Assembly: GCA_963666285.1 (NCBI GenBank)
Contig: OY762711.1
Length of the DNA: 64,000 nucleotides
DNA from: Sedimentisphaerales bacterium
GTDB taxonomy: Bacteria; Planctomycetota; Phycisphaerae; Sedimentisphaerales; SM23-30
Reading direction: 5' to 3' (one strand)
Shown here: one piece after another, positions 60,790 through 64,000 of the stretch
How the letters are laid out: the number at the start of each line of letters is the position of its first letter
Position numbering within the stretch: the stretch's first letter is position 1
Notes under the pieces: generated by a model
Database searches by the model: none
The model's input: only the letters and a program-made list of their open reading frames with translations
What the model was told of the DNA's origin: nothing
Made by a program: the position numbers and the translations under genes

Positions 60790-62730
60790 TTACCAGAACT
60801 TAAGCTCTCCAGAATTAAAAGTAAATATTCTCTCTAATTTTCGTCCATCGGTATCATAAACCCAGTAGAGAAAGCCGCCGGGAACATTTTCAAACATAAT
60901 CATATCGTTTTCAGCATTTTTTGTAGCAACATTCTGCCACTTACCATCATGCCAATAAACCAAGACATACTGCTTTCCAGCCTCAACCTTCATCGCCAAA
61001 ATGTCAACGAGGGTGTCGTCGTCGCCGGTTTTTGGTTTGGTCTGAGAAACCTGAAAAGACAAATTTTCTTTATTACCGGAAAGGTGTTCGACCCTACCAT
61101 CTTTATGCAAAATAATAGGATCGGCCGCAGCCAGGATTTGTCCGTCCTTTTCACTATCACCCTTTGGCACATAATAAACAGGCAGATACACAATGCCCTG
61201 TCCCATATCTTTGAAAACCGCTTTGCCATCAACAGTACCTGTACCAGCAGTACCAGCACCCGCAGTACCAGCACCCGCAGTACCAACACCAGCAGTACCA
61301 ACACCAGCAGTACCAACACCAGCAGTACCAACACCAGCAGTACCAACACCAGCAGTACCAGCACCCGCAGTACCAGCACCCGCAGTACCAACACCAGCAG
61401 TGCCAACACCGGCAGTACCAGTACCAGCACCAGCAGTACCAACACCAGCAGTACCAACACCAGCAGTACCAACACCAGCAGTACCAACACCAGCAGTACC
61501 AGCACCCGCAGTACCAGCACCCGCAGTACCAACACCAGCAGTGCCAACACCGGCAGTACCAGTACCAGCACCAGCAGTACCAACACCAGCAGTACCAACA
61601 CCCGCAGTACCAACACCGGCAGTGCCTGCAGCGGCAGTGCCAGCAGCAACTATATCAGCATCAGCAATACAAACCCATTCACCACCATTAAATACCGCCA
61701 GATAGGCTATAGAACTGCCTACAGGGACATCCTTTAGCTCTAATTCAACCGTACCAACAGGGATATACTGATTAGTCACATCAATATAATTCTTGCCGCC
61801 AAGCCATCTAGGAACTCTCTCGCCCTCTTTTTTACGGAACACAGGAGCATTTTTTTGTATCGAAAACAGTTTGCGATAAACCTTAGCCGGTATATTATGA
61901 ACAGGTGTATTCCCATGACCATCCTTATCTAGAACCGCGTTCCAGGCATGGTTGTTGTCTCTATTAGCCCATGCCGGAGTATAGTCGGAAGCAACCGCAA
62001 CACAATTAGCACGCATAGCATAGCTAATCATATTACTGATATCCTCACAACGGCCCATGCCAGATTTTCGCATTTCACTATACCCCTGATCGGTAGGGTG
62101 CAAATAATAGACAGAATCAAACCGAATTATTGAGTTTACCCTTTTATTTATAATCTTTGCAGCCTCTTCCGGGTCTTTGGGATCGATCATTTCATCTTCC
62201 AGATCGATAAACATCCCCATCAGCGGCCCACGCCAACTATCAACAGGTTCGTTACTACACCGATAGGGCAAAATATATTCACAGAACGTATCGAAACTCA
62301 TATCCGCCGCCCAAGGCCTGGAACGCCATGCCTTAAACGCAAGATCGATATTGTTTATCAAATACTCAGCTGTAACAACATCAACATCATATATCCGTTC
62401 AGATGCACGATAATTCAGTTCACCATGCTCTTTTTCTATTTCCTCTAATACAGTCAGGGCCTGATCGAAAGTTCTATAACAAGTAGAATCGAATTCAACA
62501 GCAACATCATCGGTACCAGCCCATTCTGTTTTGACATAGCAATGCCCGGGCATATTATCTATCAGGAACTGAGCAGCAGCCAGTTTCTGCGGATCATCTT
62601 TGTAATGCTCCAATACCTTGAGCAGTTGCGGCGAGAGTTTATCGGCATCAGACTTATTAGACTTATCCAACTGCGAACAACCGACAACAGAAAACAAAAC
62701 AGTAAAAAGGAGGATCGATAAAATTTTCAT
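60790..62730 (-). CDS. Transglutaminase-like domain lipoprotein with internal pentapeptide repeat
   Basis: Lipobox VVGC; FCEYILPYR; GRCED...NHAWN (candidate catalytic Cys/His); FKDMGQGIVYLP. Confidence 0.85.
   Translation of the reverse strand: MKILSILLFTVLFSVVGCSQLDKSNKSDADKLSPQLLKVLEHYKDDPQKLAAAQFLIDNMPGHCYVKTEWAGTDDVAVEFDSTCYRTFDQALTVLEEIEKEHGELNYRASERIYDVDVVTAEYLINNIDLAFKAWRSRPWAADMSFDTFCEYILPYRCSNEPVDSWRGPLMGMFIDLEDEMIDPKDPEEAAKIINKRVNSIIRFDSVYYLHPTDQGYSEMRKSGMGRCEDISNMISYAMRANCVAVASDYTPAWANRDNNHAWNAVLDKDGHGNTPVHNIPAKVYRKLFSIQKNAPVFRKKEGERVPRWLGGKNYIDVTNQYIPVGTVELELKDVPVGSSIAYLAVFNGGEWVCIADADIVAAGTAAAGTAGVGTAGVGTAGVGTAGAGTGTAGVGTAGVGTAGAGTAGAGTAGVGTAGVGTAGVGTAGVGTAGAGTGTAGVGTAGVGTAGAGTAGAGTAGVGTAGVGTAGVGTAGVGTAGVGTAGAGTAGAGTAGTGTVDGKAVFKDMGQGIVYLPVYYVPKGDSEKDGQILAAADPIILHKDGRVEHLSGNKENLSFQVSQTKPKTGDDDTLVDILAMKVEAGKQYVLVYWHDGKWQNVATKNAENDMIMFENVPGGFLYWVYDTDGRKLERIFTFNSGELKFW
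61231..61647 (-). repeat. 15-bp coding minisatellite (about 27 units, G(V/A)GTA) with a 141-bp higher-order duplication
   Basis: Plus strand (GCAGTACCAACACCA)n variants; the marker GTGCCAACACCGGCAGTACCAGTACC recurs at 61400 and 61541. Confidence 0.97.
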
Positions 62731-62750
62731 AACCAGCTTCTTTCTATTTA

Positions 62751-62810
62751 CTCAAACTGACTGATAACAGTTTGAGAGGTATTAGTTTTAGGTATTGGAT
62801 ATTAGGCGAG
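62751..62810 (+). repeat. CTCAAACTG..CAGTTTGAG hairpin plus heptad repeats, related to the 9422 element
   Basis: CTCAAACTG-ACTGATAA-CAGTTTGAGAGG followed by GGTATTA-like 7-mers. Confidence 0.65.
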
Positions 62811-62816
62811 GTCACC

Positions 62817-63998
62817 TTAATTTATACAGTATATATTTTTAGTCCCTTTGATAATAATCTCATCGCCGACAATAGCCGGAGAGCAATCAATATCATCATC
62901 GAGTTTGTTAACTGAAAGCACTTCAAGCTTATCAGAACTATTCAGAACATATGTTACACCATTCCGGCCAATAAAATACACCCTACCGGCAACCGCCACA
63001 GGAGAAGCATATACACCTTTCATCTCATCCAGTTTCTGCTCCTGGAATAATGGCGTTCCAGTCTTTGCATTATAACAGGAAAGAATTTCCTTAAACCCGG
63101 AAAAGACATAAACCCTATCCTGGTATAATATAGGCGACGGAACATAAGGAGTAGCCTTGCTAACTTCCCAAAGAACGGCATCGGTACCGGTCAGGTCACC
63201 GGCAGCATCAAGTTTAATCGCCTGCAATTTAGCCCCCCTATAACCGCTGGTACAATATATAACACCATCAGCATAAACAGGCGCAGGAATAACATTTGTG
63301 GTCTGGCCGGTACAAGTCCAAATTATATCGCCATTTTTAGAGTCATAAGAACGAATCTGATTGGTACCGTTAACAACCACCTGCCATTTCCCATTAACTT
63401 TGACCGGAACCGGGGTAGTCCATGAAGTGCCTTCATCGCGTGTCTTTTTCCAGGCGAGCTTACCGGTTATCTTGTTAAAAGCAAATATTTCAGAATCACC
63501 TTCATGATCTTTTAAGACAATAACATTATCCCCGGCAATACAGGGAGACCCACCCTCACCAAACGAAGCCCTGATAGTATATTTACCAAGTTCCTGTTTC
63601 CATAACCGGTTACCATCCATATCAAAGCAGTACATGCCACGAGACCCGAAATTAGCCCAGATATATTTACCATCAGTTACAGGCGAATATGAATTAAACC
63701 CATGATCGTTATGATGTCTTTCGTGTGGAACAATTTCGATAGCAGTTTTGGTCCAGAGAGTTTTACCGGTGCTGCGGTCAAGGCAAACGAGCACGAACTT
63801 GTAAGGATCCTTAGGTGCCGGCCCTCCTCTTCTTCTGGGCTGCTGCGGCTGCGGATCAGGTTCAGCCTGAACATTATCAGATTCCACTTTAACAGCCGCC
63901 TGGTAATAAATCCTGTCACCCCATACAATAGGAGAAGCATCAGACCCATCTCCCTCAACGGGAACTTTCCATTTGATATTTTCGTTTTCGCTCCATTT
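62817..63998 (-). CDS. PQQ-binding-like beta-propeller (BamB-like) protein; 5'-partial
   Basis: Frame open to the window edge (KWSENENIKWKV...SPIVWGDRI); repeated SP..../G...W blades. Confidence 0.9.
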   Translation of the reverse strand, partial: KWSENENIKWKVPVEGDGSDASPIVWGDRIYYQAAVKVESDNVQAEPDPQPQQPRRRGGPAPKDPYKFVLVCLDRSTGKTLWTKTAIEIVPHERHHNDHGFNSYSPVTDGKYIWANFGSRGMYCFDMDGNRLWKQELGKYTIRASFGEGGSPCIAGDNVIVLKDHEGDSEIFAFNKITGKLAWKKTRDEGTSWTTPVPVKVNGKWQVVVNGTNQIRSYDSKNGDIIWTCTGQTTNVIPAPVYADGVIYCTSGYRGAKLQAIKLDAAGDLTGTDAVLWEVSKATPYVPSPILYQDRVYVFSGFKEILSCYNAKTGTPLFQEQKLDEMKGVYASPVAVAGRVYFIGRNGVTYVLNSSDKLEVLSVNKLDDDIDCSPAIVGDEIIIKGTKNIYCIN

Positions 63999-64000
63999 AA

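Noticed and set aside
60949..61737. Alternative-frame ORFs (poly-STNTS, poly-PAVPT, poly-LVLLV)
   Set aside because: By-products of the stop-free 15-bp repeat; only the minus frame is continuous with a recognisable protein.

Overview
A 64-kb bacterial chromosomal segment. The gene repertoire points to Planctomycetota, probably Phycisphaerae/Sedimentisphaerales-like (inference from dockerin-like tails, prepilin/H-X9-DG proteins beside an ECF sigma and FecR-like anti-sigma, a sulfatase, DUF1080 and a PQQ-like propeller). About 43 CDS are present; I found no rRNA, tRNA, CRISPR array, transposase or integrase. Contents: secreted and carbohydrate-related genes (1-17 kb); a small orphan + XRE-HTH operon; a very large multi-PBP histidine kinase; the core block hisG / HhH protein with Lys-rich tail / rbfA / infB / nusA / rsmB / hpt; a multiheme cytochrome c; a solitary flagellin; a vWA-HK-RR module; an ECF/FecR/prepilin module; fabI; and a likely sulfane-sulfur cluster (two YeeE, ArsR, CoADR-rhodanese, Acr3/BASS-CBS). 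Most notable observations: (1) a 20-bp operator palindrome in front of all three transcription units of the sulfur cluster; (2) a modular, co-oriented, hairpin-rich intergenic repeat family plus a 3x156-bp tandem array; (3) a candidate switch-like structured leader RNA at about 42.2 kb; (4) a 417-bp G(V/A)GTA-coding minisatellite inside a transglutaminase-like lipoprotein; (5) a 1-nt frameshift in the signal peptide of a repeat/dockerin protein; (6) a rimP-leader-like attenuator with no rimP. All family calls come from motif recognition by eye, not from database searches.
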